From assembly GCA_010093815.1 (NCBI GenBank), contig ML996577.1: DNA of 64,000 nucleotides; one strand, given 5' to 3'. Both the position numbers and the translations under genes were made by a program. The DNA comes from Pseudovirgaria hyperparasitica. Taxonomy: Eukaryota. Shown here one piece after another: positions 49,629 through 63,332 of the stretch (positions are counted from its first letter, which is position 1; every line of letters begins with the position of its first letter). Below the pieces are notes generated by a model that saw only the letters and a program-made list of their open reading frames with translations, did not search any database and was not told where the DNA came from.

Positions 49629-50593
49629 ATGCTGGAACCGCATGTTGACGTAAGTGCTTCATCTCTGCTGACCACGGGAATTACTGAGAATCGTAGCCGG
49701 CTGCTCGAGAATCCTCGACTGCGTTCCCGCTGGATGGTCTTACCTTTGATATCTCTTCGATGCCGGAGGAGGACCTTGTAGCATACGGAAACGTCGCTCC
49801 TGTTCTTTATTCGCTTGCGAGCATGAAAGTCGTGCGACTGTCCAAATCTCTAGTCATGAAGTTTGGGAACACTGTTCTAGCCTCAGAAGGCGAGACGATG
49901 AAATATGTCGCAATGAAATTTCCCAAATTCATGTTACCACGAGTTCACCGATGTTTCAACATCCAGGAAACCATCTCATATTTCGGTGTCCAAGGCTATA
50001 TAGTCATGGACTATATAGATGGGCCTTCTCTCGACACATGTTAGGATGAATTAAGTCCGGGTACTCGCGAAAGCGTGATCAAACAGGTTGCGGTAATGAT
50101 TAATCAATTACAATCTATACGCTGCGATCGTCCCGGCGGTATTAGCGGTGAGAAATCCCGTGGTATGTGGTTTAGTGACTATGGCGCAGGGCCATTCCGA
50201 TCGAAAGAAGTTTTCCAGGATTGGATCGCCTGGAAACTTAAGATGAGCAAGCGCTACCAGCATGCCTTACCGGAAACTCTAGCCCTAGAGTGTTCTACCT
50301 TTGTCCTCGTGCATGGAGATATTAGCCCTCGCAATCTAGTCCTAGGCAATAATAACCAGATCTGGATGATCGATTGGGGTTATGCTGGATTTTATCCTCC
50401 AATATTCGAAGCCGCCACTATTAAACATCAACTACAATTTCAATCATTCTCGCAATTACTTTTACCCCATATCTATAACCATCCTGAGGAGCTAGCGCAG
50501 CTTGAGGCCTGTAGCTATGGCATCCACCGAGTCCCCTTTTCGCTCCCACCAGAGATGGAAAAGGATAGCGAGGTGGATCTCTCGGCAGCATGA
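49629..50593 (+). pseudogene. APH-like phosphotransferase with one in-frame TAG (50042-50044), otherwise intact; short 5' exon
   Basis: LVMKFG..EGETMKYV..LPRVH..GYIVMDYIDGPSLDTC*DELS...GPF...LVHGDISPRNLVL..IWMIDWGYAGFYP, all in one frame. Confidence 0.8.
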
Positions 50594-51182
50594 CGACCAA
50601 TTCAATGTAGGAACATTTATCAGACAACAGCGTCAAGATGGCGGGTGGCAAAGGGAGGTTACTTGTGAACTCTGGAGGTAGACCATTATTGTCAAAAATT
50701 TTCGATCCTAAATCAATCCGATTGCAACAGCTGTCTAAGTCAAATGACCTTTACCGATCGAGTGAAACTTTTATTCCGAAACGCCTTCAATGTATAATTT
50801 AGAAGCTGCCATGCGACTGTTTGGTGGTCTTGCGAAATATCCCGAAACCTTACATGGGAGGTGGCGGTGGAGGTGCACCGCCAGCCGCTGATGTTGATAC
50901 GCTTTTGGCCGCACTTCCTCCTATGCCCTGACTACTCAGCATGTTCGAGACTGCCAAGGTGGAAATTGCTGAAAACGCAAATGCTAGCCATTGTACCACT
51001 TGCAAAGCTGTACCTGGCAGTAAATTGAGCTGATTTGTTTGTAACATCGTCATGAAATACTGTAACGTGTCAAATACTTGAGTGGTCGACAGAGAGGGTC
51101 ATTCGCTTGTAGCGTGTTGTACGTTGAAGTTTCGGAGTACGACTCTTTAGGTTGACTTTGAGAAAGGCGAGAGATATGAGAC

Positions 51183-52395
51183 CAGACTTAGCAACAATCA
51201 ATCAACTCAAAACTGGACCTCTTCCGTAACTTGATTGAAGGGATTCAATCACGCTTCCTTGATTATTTGATTGATTGACCAAATTGGAGCTCGCATTGAA
51301 TTGGATTAAAATTTAATTGAAACTTTTGGCCTTGGCGGAGGTTTTATAGCCAAAATCGTCCAGAATTGCGATTGCGGACGTGATATATACGTTTTTGAGC
51401 TTCAAGTCGACAGAATCCGAGTAGAAAGCCAAAAGTATACTTTATCGTAAGCTCGCTAAGCCCATAGACCTCAGCACTCTGTCGAAAAAGGCCGGAGAGG
51501 GCTAGAATCGTGATATCGAGCTCCAAGTCCTCTATCGCAATCGGCGAATGAGGTTCTAGTGGTTCTGTAACGTTTGCCCAGTCGTCCACGTAACCTGCGC
51601 GCTCCCAGCTCTTAAGATCCTGTAAGCAGCCAATCAAATGTGGGCTCATCCCACTTCTTCGTGGTGTCACCATATCGCCAGCTTAACTAAAGACTCTCTC
51701 GTCGTCGCAAGTTGAAGCTGGAATCCCCAGGATATCTATCGCAAACTTGTGTAGTTTTGGGGACTTCGCCTTGTGCGCAATCCACCACATGATGGGGTTA
51801 TCAACTTTTTCACAGTCTATGCGACGATAGAGAGCCAGCTCATCCTCCTCTTGCTTCTTGAGTGACCGCGCCATCACCTCATCCATGTATTCATTGTATT
51901 TCGATCGCTGGAGTGCGAGTGTCGGAGGATCTAAGGGTTTCGGCTTCGCTAGGACTGGAGGTGGGGTGGTAGAGTTTTATAGGTTAACCAGAGGGCTTGT
52001 AGCTTGAGTTCAAGCTCAACAATAGTCTCTGGTGGGTAGTGTATTGTGAGGCCTTCGTCAGTATCGATAAAGAAGGCTTTTCATGTAGGATGTAAGATTA
52101 GAAGGGTTAGAGGAAATATATTTAAAGAGTAGTCTACTCTTATATTAAGGTTAATCCCTAATAAGTAGAAATTAGATTATATAGTTTACTTATATAGTAG
52201 ATTTACTTAGTATAGCTAATTTAATCTATATAGATATAGAAAGAAGAGTATCCTATGTTATTATATTATAGGGATCCTAGATAGACTAGAGTAATCTATC
52301 TAGGTCTATTATAGTATCTATACCAATGATAATTAAGTTTAAGATAGTTATAAGTATATTAAGCTAAAGTTAAGCTAAGTAAGAGTTTACTAAGT
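51183..52395 (-). mobile_element. hAT-family DNA transposon relic (3' part), RIP-mutated and truncated; boundaries approximate
   Basis: hATC dimerisation motif ELALY...NPIMWW..K..PKLHKFAIDILGIPAST..ERVFS*AGDMVTPRRS.M; TA-rich decay at 51960-52395; TTGAT/ATCAA-rich subterminal-like repeats at 51194-51320. Confidence 0.85.
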
Positions 52396-54618
52396 TAACG
52401 TAGCTGTATTAATAACCCGGATTGGGACGTGGGTGCGGGCACTTTGTCCCCGGTAATAGCCACGACGGATGCTAGTGCGCCCTGCAAGCGTGGACGCCGC
52501 ATTGATCTGATGAGGGCGTTGCGAACCTGGACCCGGTCCGCCACTTTGTCGTGCCGTGGATGATTGGATTGCTTTATTAACGCGGGCAATACTGTGTCGG
52601 TACTCATTCCTTCTGGCTTTTTGCATTTTATGTATAATCTGCCATACCGTGACTCTCGCCCCTTGGAGTGATCGTTTTGATTTGTTTATAGTGCTGCGCG
52701 CATCAAAGACATAGAACGAAATACGCTAATCAGAGCCTTAGATTCATCAAGACGCCCCAATCCATGTCTGAATGTGTATAGTGTGAGTTTCTACTTTTCT
52801 GTGTAGCCATACGGCTCCATTAATCGCCAGCTGCTTGCGCTTCGGAGTCTCACCGAACCACATGAACGACTGCTCATGCGAAGCACTGCTACATTATCTG
52901 ACGAAAATATGCTTTCATATCTATTACTACCATTTCTAACACTAGTAATATCGCACACCTTGGTGCAGACACATATCTCTGCGCGGCCTCACGGCCACCT
53001 TCCAACCGATCAGAGTAACCACCGTAATAAATGAGAGGCAATTGAGAGGCGAAATGTTGTATTGGTAAGTGACACATGGACAAGCAGAAACGTAGAGGTG
53101 ATAACTTACTCTCGCACTAATTATTCTCTCTCAAGAATGCCTGCCAAAGAACATAATTATTGTGCACTGTGATATAGGATGCACAGATAGAGATAGCACA
53201 GCACAGCACAGCACAGCACACGACTGTGCTATAATTGGTGTCCGGCAAAGATGAATTTTTTTCGCCGTTGGACCGAACGAAAATTGATACCATTATCTAT
53301 AGTGCATGGACAATTCTCAACTTTAAGGGCGAACATCTGTTAGTCAGAGACACACGCTCATGAATGTAGAGCCAAATCCCAAAAGGATGTATCGATCCGG
53401 AGCACTATTTGAGACCCCTAAAGTGATCTTTATGTTCGAGAGTTCCTCGAACAAAAGTGATGAACTCTAGTCATGAATGTGACATTCGCCGTGAAATAGA
53501 GGACAGAACTGCGATCTCAGACCCGGATACTTGCCACATGATCAGCTAGTGATGAGAATCGCTTTTTTCGAATAAGAAACCAGATAAGCATGGAGCCTTG
53601 GATGAGAGGCGGCGGGAAGTGAACGCAACAAGAACAATGAACAATATACTATGGCAATTCTTTGCCCAATCGCATCGTTTCCCTCCCGTGGTTCATCATT
53701 CAAATTATAGGAGGGTATCTTGGATGCCAAAACAGCTCACACGTCCGAGTGGATGGAGACATGGGTTTACCCGCCCCTGCTCAAAGATATATCTTGATCA
53801 CAGGATTGTGCGGTAGAATGACGTGTCGTTTGCTTTATTTGCCGCGAATCTTGTGAGTTCTTTCTTCTTCCTCTTCTTGCTTCTAACTTTTGGTATCGTG
53901 AGAGCGACCACGGATGCCGTAAAGTGTAGCAGGCCGGTGATGTGCACACTTTAGAACGTTGAGCAGTTACTGTCTTTAAGATAGTGGAATGGCCGCCTTG
54001 TGGGGTCGGATGGACCAAACTACCTACCTAGTCGTCTGGGCCCGGGTTGATTGGCCTAGTTACTTTAGCCATTATCCATCCGGATGGATCAGATTCCATC
54101 AACGCCAGGCTCGAATCGGAATCGCGATGCACAGTCATGGTCGGTCTGGTCTTTCGCGATACCCCTCGCAGGATTGCCAATGCTAATGCTGATCTGGACG
54201 CCAATGCCAGCACCAATGCCAATACCAATGCTATTAATTTATTGCTCTCGAGAAACAGATGAGAGGGATTAAAGAGGAGCATCGTGCGGCCCTTGCGTGA
54301 GCAGTCGCGCGAGAGTCTGTCAGGGTTTTCTAACAACAGCAAGCCAATTGCGTGGTGGGATTCTATCACGAGTCTCGCTGGTGCGGAGAAGACTCTGCCC
54401 AACCCTCCAAACTTTGGCCTCGCCTCGCGCTTCTCATGAAACATTGCCTTTGATCGTCGCCTGGAGCACTTACAGAACCCCGGTAGCTGCTGTCGACTTT
54501 GACCTTTTCACACATCGATAATCGCTGCTCCGTGTCCGACGCTGCGCCGAACCATGCGTCATTGGTCAAAGCGGTGAGGAGGAAAAAGAAACTCCTACAG
54601 TACTTCATTGAGACCATA

Positions 54619-55881
54619 ATGCTGACCTCGTCGTCCCCTTCGCCGACTCTTTCTCCTGGTGCTTCATCACCACAAGCCGCATTCCACAACCGTTATTACC
54701 ATGCCTCCTATCGCAAACCGTCCACTTCGTCGCCATCTTCCCCACGCGCAAACTCCCCGCGTTACACGCCCCTAAGCGTATCACGACGACAGGCCGCCAC
54801 CGCCGCACCCGCTCCTATTGTTTCGCATACTCCTGGACTCGCTGTTACAGACGCTCGTTCCCCAAAAAGAGAGACGGTCGATGCTGGCACTCAGTACACT
54901 CCTCCAGGACTTCCTCCAACATACCGCCGACAGGCTGAAACAGCGCCCAAGCTGGAGCACGCAACTCAACCCCGCAGCCCGAAGCTGACGAGAAAGAGTT
55001 CGGAACTTTCACCGGGGACGCGTCCGAACGAAAGCTCTGCGCAGGAGCCTGTCGTAACGGTGAATTCCCAAGAACAAGAGCTACGCGTTAATCCGCGTCC
55101 ATCTGCAACGAGGGATGCAGAGCAATTATCCATACCCAGCGCCACTACCACCAAGGACAGCACAGGGGAGGGTGTCACCGAAGAATCTCCTTCAAAAAGA
55201 GCCAGGCCCGAAGAACCCCAAAGTAAAACCATGCCGCTCAGTTACGAGCGCTGTGATGTAAAGGACCTTGGTGTACTCATTTCAGATATGCTGCTAGAAC
55301 TCGTACGACTCAACGACCTCATACCGCTCAAGGATGGGCAGCTCACACGGTTCCACTCCAGGTAATACAACCACCGCAGCATGCACAATGGAACAGGTCT
55401 AATATATATCAGAGCGCCACCAGGCATATCGGTCCGCGATTATTTAAATCGCCTAATTGTTCATGCAACACTATCGCCACCCATACTTCTCTCCATGGTG
55501 TTCTATGTCGACCGTCTGTGCGCTCTATACCCCGCTTTCACCATCAGCAGTCTTACCGTCCATCGATTTCTGATAACCGCAGCGACCGTGGCCTCGAAAG
55601 GCCTCAGCGACAGCTTTTGGACAAATAACGTGTATGCAAGAGTCGGAGGTGTTAGCACGAAAGAATTAGCCCTTCTTGAGGTGGAGTTTTTAAGAAGAGT
55701 AGAATGGCGGATAGTGCCTAAGCCCGAAGTTTTGGTCGATTACTACAAGGGACTTGTGGAAAGGGGTAGAGGATATGGGCTAGAAGAAGACCCAGACAAG
55801 GATCCTGACAGCTCTGAGGCATCGATATCGTCAACTCCACTATCGACGCAAGACGAAGAGAGACATGCCACCGAGTCGTGA
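54619..55881 (+). CDS. Pho80-like cyclin (PREG, negative regulator of the phosphate regulon); 1 intron (about 55362-55412)
   Basis: LGVLISDMLLELVRLND...LTRFHSR-APPGISVRDYL.RL...LLSMVFYVDRL....FTISSLTVHRFLIT..TVASKGLSDSFWTN..YARVGGV...ELALLEVEFL. Confidence 0.92.
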
Positions 55882-57002
55882 GTTCTACGAGACCAAGTTA
55901 ATGAAACTTGAATTACGGACACATTATACGATGCGGGATTGAAAAACGGCCAGTCCCATGTGTCTCATTCCTCAGTTTGCTACACAAGTAGTAGGGAGAT
56001 AGAATGCCATAATGATACGAGACATGCCTTGTCGAAATATAGGAACAGAGAGCAGTGAAGGTCTAGGCCTGGACAATCAAGACTGTATACAGCGCGTCAC
56101 AGGCTCATATGTCGCGATGAAGCGTTCGGTTGACATCGAGTGTCGATGATGTGGAATGAGGACTATGGCACAAGGCTGGAGCGTAACCTGATAATACCCG
56201 AGAGATAAGTGATGTTTGTTAGTGTATGAAGTTCTTCATTTGCTTGCCGTGATTTGCCAATAAAGAATGCAGAGTCTGATGGTAGAATCCATCGTGGAGT
56301 TTTGTAGCGTGCCGAGATACGAGATACCGCGAAGCCGTTGCTAAGTCTGCTGCGTTGGTCCAATCGGCAAGTCGCCCCTCACACTACATCTCGACTGTTC
56401 GCGTCGCATCCAAATACGTTGCTTTCAGGATCTTGCAGCATGTGAGGATGTCAAAGACAATGAATCAACCCAATACATATAAGGCTTTTGCAGGGGTATA
56501 GCGTTCCTCTTGACACGACTAGAGTTCGCACGTCGGCCATTCAGGACCTGCAGAAGGTGGAGAACAATCATGCACGCCAACAACTCAAGGCGCTGCTCCT
56601 TCACGAATCACTACTGGGTTTCGATACGGCAGTCCTTCAACTATCTTGACCTGATCCGTGTCAATCTGCCATTCATGTACACCATATATTAACGCTCATC
56701 GTCCATTCCTCGCGGTCGTGTGGTACGCCACCATCCCTTTGTACCATTCTCCACCTTACCACAACGGACTCTATCCGCGCGAAACCGCAATGTTTTGCTC
56801 GCACGACCATCGCAACTATATGTGAAGCGCTCAGACTGGCGTACTTGCGTATAAGCGTAAGTAAACACACTGATGCTCCCGCAAGATAGCATTCACTGCT
56901 ACTGTGCGCGCCTCGAGGTTGCCTTGTTGTCCGTCTCTGTGACACGCCAGAAGCTCGCGGGACGACGCGTTCGTGCACTCTCATGTTCCGATAGCCTCAC
57001 TG

Positions 57003-59483
57003 ATGATGTCTCCCACCAGTTCCGAAGACGACTATCATGAGTTTGGCGACCGCTATGCTATTGACGACATGAGCGACTATGGCCGATGGGAATCATCACA
57101 ACAACTTCAGGTTAGCCCCGCTATCGTATGCACTGGGCATGTCATGTACTGATGAACGGGTACTCCAGATAAGACAGGCCTCGCGCTCTGTCACCTCGCC
57201 CATCTCCAGCCCAAGATACCTCGATCACGATTACACAAGCGAATGTCCATCGTCAAGTCCCGGAAATCATGCCCCACTTACCTATCGACCACGGAGATAT
57301 GACAACTTCTACGAGGTTCCCTCGCCGAGAGAGCGAGATCAAATCGACCCAGTGGTGGGTGAACCGGAATGGCCTCCGCCTGGATGGGAAGAGGACGCTG
57401 TCATGAGCGCCCGGGAAGCACAGCGGTTCATATGCGATGGAGCCAATACCTTTAATGGAACGTTAGAAGATGTACCGAATGCACCATACCATTACAAGTT
57501 CTTCGCGACTATTGATAATGAGTGCCAGAGTCGATCAGATCGATCCGAGTTTGCTCATGCGTCGTTCAAGAACATATCCATGACTTTAGCAGGGTCTGCA
57601 GATACAGCGCCACCCACGGCATCGTTAGAACAGCCATGTATGGCACATTGCTTCGGGAGATTTCCTGGCACTACGACCCTCAATTATCGAGTGAGCAGCA
57701 TGGGCACTCTTCAGCCTCCTTTGACCTTTAGGTCAAACACTTATCCGAAAAAGATCAGACTTCTGCATATCCTAGACCGTCTGCGGGAGCTCGAGAAAGG
57801 CCTCGAAGATGAAGTGCGTTCGGTACTAGGCCAGTTGTGTATTTACCTTTTAACAGTTTGATAGGACCCAGAAGAGTTGTACAAAACCTTATACGACGTG
57901 CTTATTGAGGATCCAGATCGACATACAAATCCACACTACGGGATGGAGCTACAGATTGCCGATCTAATCAATGTTCTCACGAACCCAGACTGGATAAATT
58001 TCTCTTTATCAAAAAACCAGGTCGTTGCTAAATTTTTCGATTCGCGGGACGCAAACAAGAGACAAAAGTTCTTTCATCAACTGCTGTTATCGGTTGAATT
58101 ATATTTACGGATTGAGTCAAAACAACATGACATGGGTCCAAAACGCAGGGTTCTTCGTCAGCTTCCACCCAAAGTAGCTTGGGACATGGCTGTCGCACAG
58201 CGGTGGATGGAAAACATGGTCATCACTCGAGAGGCGAGTTCCTCGCATAGGAGCACTTTTAGCTACGACTACCCAAGCAAGACAAGGCAAAAGGAAGCAC
58301 TGAGAAGGTTTGCTTCATTACTAAAATGGCCCAACATGGACGAAGTCGATTATATCCTGGAAGAGAAAGACAGTAAGGAGAAGCCTCTAGAAGACCGCTC
58401 GGCTGATGCAATGTCTTGGTTCTCTGGAGTCATTCTTCCAGGGCCAACCATGCCCTGGATTCTTATGAACACACTAATAGACTGCGACACGGTAGCCGGC
58501 GATGCCCTTAAAGTTCTCACACACATGTCTCCCTTCTCTGGGTTCCAATACCGAGCGAGCACTTATTGGTCATATCAGTGCATTGTAGGTAAAGTTCTCG
58601 GAGCTGCCAGGGGTGTCGGCCACGTAGCTGGATGGGTCGGACCTTGTGCATATGCACCTGACTTGCGCAGAACTGAGTGTGCTAGAGTCCGACAATACTC
58701 TTCACCAGAGCCCATAATGACCCCTAGAGATGTGGAGACCATAGCGGAACGTACTGATGCGCTTGGTCCAGAGTATGACCAATACCCAGTTGCCGACTAT
58801 GACATTGCGACTCCGGATCTAGAGGACGTGACGGATGCCATCCGAATCGAGAAGCTTGTTTTCAATATTGTGGAAGACCAGTCTCGGTCTACTAAGGTGT
58901 CTAAGCATACCCCCTATACATGGGACGCTGCGCTACAATTTGCGTGTGGCTCGGAAAGTTGGAAGATGAGATTGAAGTATAATGTCGACTTCGTCACAGC
59001 TTTTCCGTGCCACAATGGACCACACGGTAAGGCAACCGCCCTCGGATGCAGCGACACGCTGATTTCAATTTTCTAGCGCTATTCAATGACTATAAGTACC
59101 ATGCATTGAAAGTAGACCACGGACTTGTTGACATCCATGACTGGGCAGACCAGGCCCGAGGTTCGTATCAACCTGACCACCAATCGCCTACCAACGGCCC
59201 ACCATTCAGCTCCCTGCAAAGAGACAGATCACGATCTCCCACCCAAGAGCCAGCTCATCGTCAGATCAACGAAGTCATGGCAATCGAAGCATTCGGCGTC
59301 AGCGACAATGAGGTTTTCGCTCGGTCTTGGTGTGCGCAATGGGGTCACAGCGCAATCATTGCAAATATCAAGGAGACTTGTCTAGCGTGCGCGATTCGGG
59401 AGGCTTATGCTGCGTGCATAAGCGTTGTCATTCTTACTGAGGGTGGTCGAGACCATGAGAGGGATCAAGGTGTTCATGTATGA
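57003..59483 (+). CDS. Hypothetical protein, about 4 exons, Trp/Cys-rich motifs; function unknown, start tentative
   Basis: Three long ORFs linked by canonical introns near 57110-57168, 57814-57863 and 59027-59076; C-terminal ARSWCAQWG...TCLACAIREA. Confidence 0.75.
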
Positions 59484-60166
59484 CTTGAGCTCTCCCGTAA
59501 TTGTATGGAAACGTTGAGCACGTACATGTATACGAATTTGAGAGCCATGGACAGGAGTTAGTCCAAAAGCGCGGCGCTTGCAGTTTTACAATCATACATG
59601 GGAGACTCATGGGCCTGTACGACGGGACGGCAGTTCAATCGTTACAGAAGTGTAGTCCAAGTTTTATTGACTCCGCGACAGTTTCATTACATAAGAGATC
59701 CTAAAATAGAGAGGTGTGATTTTATGACTGCTACGTAAAGATGTTGAAATAATTTACCTCCATTAAATATCGTTAATGTTCATGGTTGGCCGAAGACAGG
59801 CCGATTGTTTGATCCCGGTCGACTTCCGTCATTGGTAGGAACGACGGACCTACTTGTTACTACTACTGCTAGATCTCTAACCTTCTTACTGTATGGCAAT
59901 GACCGACAAATTCTTGATCTTGTCCACAAGCACACTCCAATCGCGTTTGCACGCCCCACAAACACATCGTATCGCATCTCCGAACTCACAAGCAGGTATT
60001 CAAGAGCTGTCACACAATCTCCGTGTGCCTCGGCCGACTGGACCAGAGCACAAACGGGTGTCCTTGCGTCTTGATCTCACGTATATGCTAGCGATCCTGC
60101 GTATACCCTCCCAGAACTACCATAAACCGAGTGTCATATATCAAGAATAAATCTCGCCTTCACAGC

Positions 60167-63100
60167 ATGGTCCGCGCCGCGGCACCTTCCGCTCTTCACG
60201 AACTTCGCAATTCCACCAGCCCGGAAACACAAATCAATGCTCTCAAACAGCTCAAGAATGAAATAGTAGGCCATGATCAGCGCAAGGAACGTGTGATACG
60301 GCATGGAGGTGTTGCTGTATTGGCAGTGATACTTTCAAGGTCAATGACCAAAGGGACAGGTACATTAAGGATTGCAGATGGCAGCAAGTCACTGGCGGCA
60401 GGATCGAGAGGGACAGAACCAGATTGGAGCGAAAATGATGAGATCAGGCTACAAATCACTTTAATTATAGGAAGTCTAGCTCTAGCAGGACCGGCATATG
60501 TCCCGCCGCTGCTCAATGGGGGCGTTGTGGAACTTGTCATGGAGTTGCTGTCACCCTCGAAAAATCCGTCGAAGCTGGTTGCTGCGGCATTGCGGACTCT
60601 CAACGTCATCGCGGACGTTCTGTCCCTGGATCGACTAGTTGACACGTCTGATACTAGTAGCAGAGCGCGATTCCTATCTTGCCTGTACTCGTCGAAGAGC
60701 GTCATTGACAGCTTACATGAGCTGTTGTCAAGACAGTACAACACTCTGGTGACCAGGACCGAAGTTTCGCTCACAGCACAGCTGATTCACAAGACATGCT
60801 CGAAGGATGTTACCCAGCTTGCAGTAGTCAAGAGCTCGGTTATGGACTCATTAGCATTCCAACTTGCTACAAGGCTTTCAAATGTCAATGCAGCCCAGGA
60901 TACTGTACTCGTACATTTGCTGGATGCTATTAGTACGGTCATGGGGCACTCAAACTACCGCAGAGCTAGATTTCTTTACTCAAACGCTATCAGTGGCCTC
61001 ACACCAATCCTCAAATCCCCCTTTTCTGGATGCAGTACAAATGGCAACTCAGCCCCGGAACACGCTTCTCACACAGCTGTCACGCCCAAACCCATAAACC
61101 AGGATCAGCTAGGTATACCAAATATCCCCAGTACTCACTCTAAGCCCCCTGTTCACCCAGAACTTCTTTCGGATCCGGTGTTTGCAAGCATAGCGAAACC
61201 ACACAGCAAGGATGACTTTGATAGACCCATTTTCACTTGGCTGTTGCACATTGCAAGACAAGGCCAGGGTTTGACCAGGCTTGCAGCCATAAAGGTGGTG
61301 GCATCATTAAGCCTGCTGCTCGAAGACTATCCTGCTTTAGTTACAGTGGATCACAAAGCACGAGAAAAGACCTTTTCTCTCCTCCTAATACCATTGGTGG
61401 TCAGAATGATAGAGGATGCCGATAATACAGTTCGTAAGCATAAGGGGCAACAGGATTTGGTCGAAGCCAGAAAAATTTTGCCGGACGCACTGCTTGTACT
61501 AGGCAGAATGATCTGTCACAGCCCAAGTCTGCAAAGAGCAGCGGTGGATGCGAAGTCGATTCCAATGATATGCGAGATTCTCAAGAATACATTTGATTCG
61601 ATGCAGACAGTTACCAAGCCGATGTGGAGATCGGACCCCTCGGAGGGAGCCTCAGATGATCTTTCAGTAGATCCTACATCGTCGACATTGGGCGATACTG
61701 GTCTTTCTCTCGAGTTTAGCCATGCCCTGATGGTACGGTTGGCAGCTCTAGAGGCCTTGGCTTCCATTGCAAACAAAGAAGATGATTACAGGAAAGCCAT
61801 CATCGAAGCTGGAGTAATGCCTTGTGTCACGAATGCTTTGGTCCCATTCCAGGATGGTCTTCCACCATCGACATTGAAAGTAGGTCCAAAAGACGGGAAC
61901 CCTACGGCAGTGCTGATCAGCGCCTGCAAAACGGCGACAGCGATGTCGAGATCAGTGGGAATTCTTAGGACAAGCCTGATCGACTGCGGTATCGCAATGC
62001 CAATCATGAATCTTCTACAGCATTCGGACATCAATGTGCAGATTGCTGGCACGGAGGTACTCTGCAATCTCATGCTTTTTTTCAGTCCGATGCGAGATGT
62101 ATGTTGCAGGCCCTCCTTGCGTGTAACGATCCACTAACGAGATGCGGCAGGGCCTTCTTCAGTCAGGGGCATTGAAAACACTCTGCCGAAACGCTCATTC
62201 AGCGAACAAGAAAATGCGACTTCTCTCGCTATGGGCTCTAAAGCATGCTGTTATGCAATCAGACGATGGAACCAAAATCCGTTGTCTCGATGAGCTTGGG
62301 ACTGGCTGGTTAACTCAGGCTCTGACTGGTGATTCGAGCGACTCCGCAAACAGTGTTTCGGGTCACTCGAGGCTGAACACACAGCTAGGCATGGGTACTT
62401 CCAATGCCGCTGGCGAGCAAGTAGACATTTTGAACACTCCTGACGAGTCTTCGATGGATATCGACGACGACGACGAAGTTAGCTCAGATGGAGAGTCCGG
62501 TCGTCACTTTGGTGATCCTGCCAGATTAGATCCTAGCTCTCGTCTTCTGCCACCTCCTCGACAAATTCAGTTTGAGACCGAAGCGGAGCTTAAGAGGAGG
62601 CAGAGACTCATTAAAACCTATGAAATGGACCCGGCTGTTCGTGCTAGGAAAATTGAATTACAAATCCAGGCACAGGCACTCGACTTCATTCGAAATATTA
62701 TCGGTGACGCCAAAGGCAATTATGAATTGATCGACCACATCCTTCAAACCATTACTCCAGGTCGATTTTTCGACATACTGACTGCCAAACTGCGTCCGCC
62801 ATCATCTAATGCCTTATCGCTTGAAGTCAGCAAGTCGACTTCACAACGAGAGAACCTAGCCCCTCCGAACGAACAAACTCCTGAGATTCTTCTCTCAACT
62901 ATCCAAGTACTCGTCCACATCGCCAACGGTCGCCCCTCCCAAAGATCCCTCCTCATTTCTCACAGCACCTTACTCACGCTGTTACTCCCATACTTCAGAC
63001 ACCCAAATCCTGAAATTCGGGTTGCGATGCTTTGGCTGAATAATAACCTCACGTGGTTAGACGACTCTGGTGAGGCATCCTCGGCGCGCCAACGCGCACT

Positions 63101-63332
63101 GGATCTGAGGAATGCAGGTTGGGAGAATGCGGTCAAGGGGCTCGTTGCAGATGGTATGGGCAATCTCGACTGCAAAGAGAGAGCTAAGACATGCATGCAG
63201 CAGTATCATGTACTTTTGAATGAGAATCGAGGGACCGAGAGTGTCATGGGACAAGGGCCTATGGAGAGAGGGCATAGAGGATTGGAGCATTCTAGACCGC
63301 GGTGGGGACAGGAGGGATCTTCGGGTGCCTGA
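60167..63332 (+). CDS. Armadillo-repeat protein ARMC8/Vid28 (GID complex)-like; 1 intron
   Basis: ALKQLKNEIVGHDQRKE, SRSVGILRTSLID.G, LCNLMLFFSPMR, LWALKH, IQAQALDFIRN, NNLTWLDD, LDCKERAK. Confidence 0.85.

Noticed and set aside
50850..51053. 67-aa ORF with a hydrophobic segment and a poly-Pro end
   Set aside because: Too short, with no recognisable family or supporting signal
52390..52626. ACGT after TA as a possible Fot1/pogo terminus, plus short ORFs
   Set aside because: No matching second terminus or DDE transposase motifs found
45000..53000. Starship-like giant transposon explanation for the accessory island
   Set aside because: No tyrosine recombinase (DUF3435 captain) or typical Starship genes visible in the window
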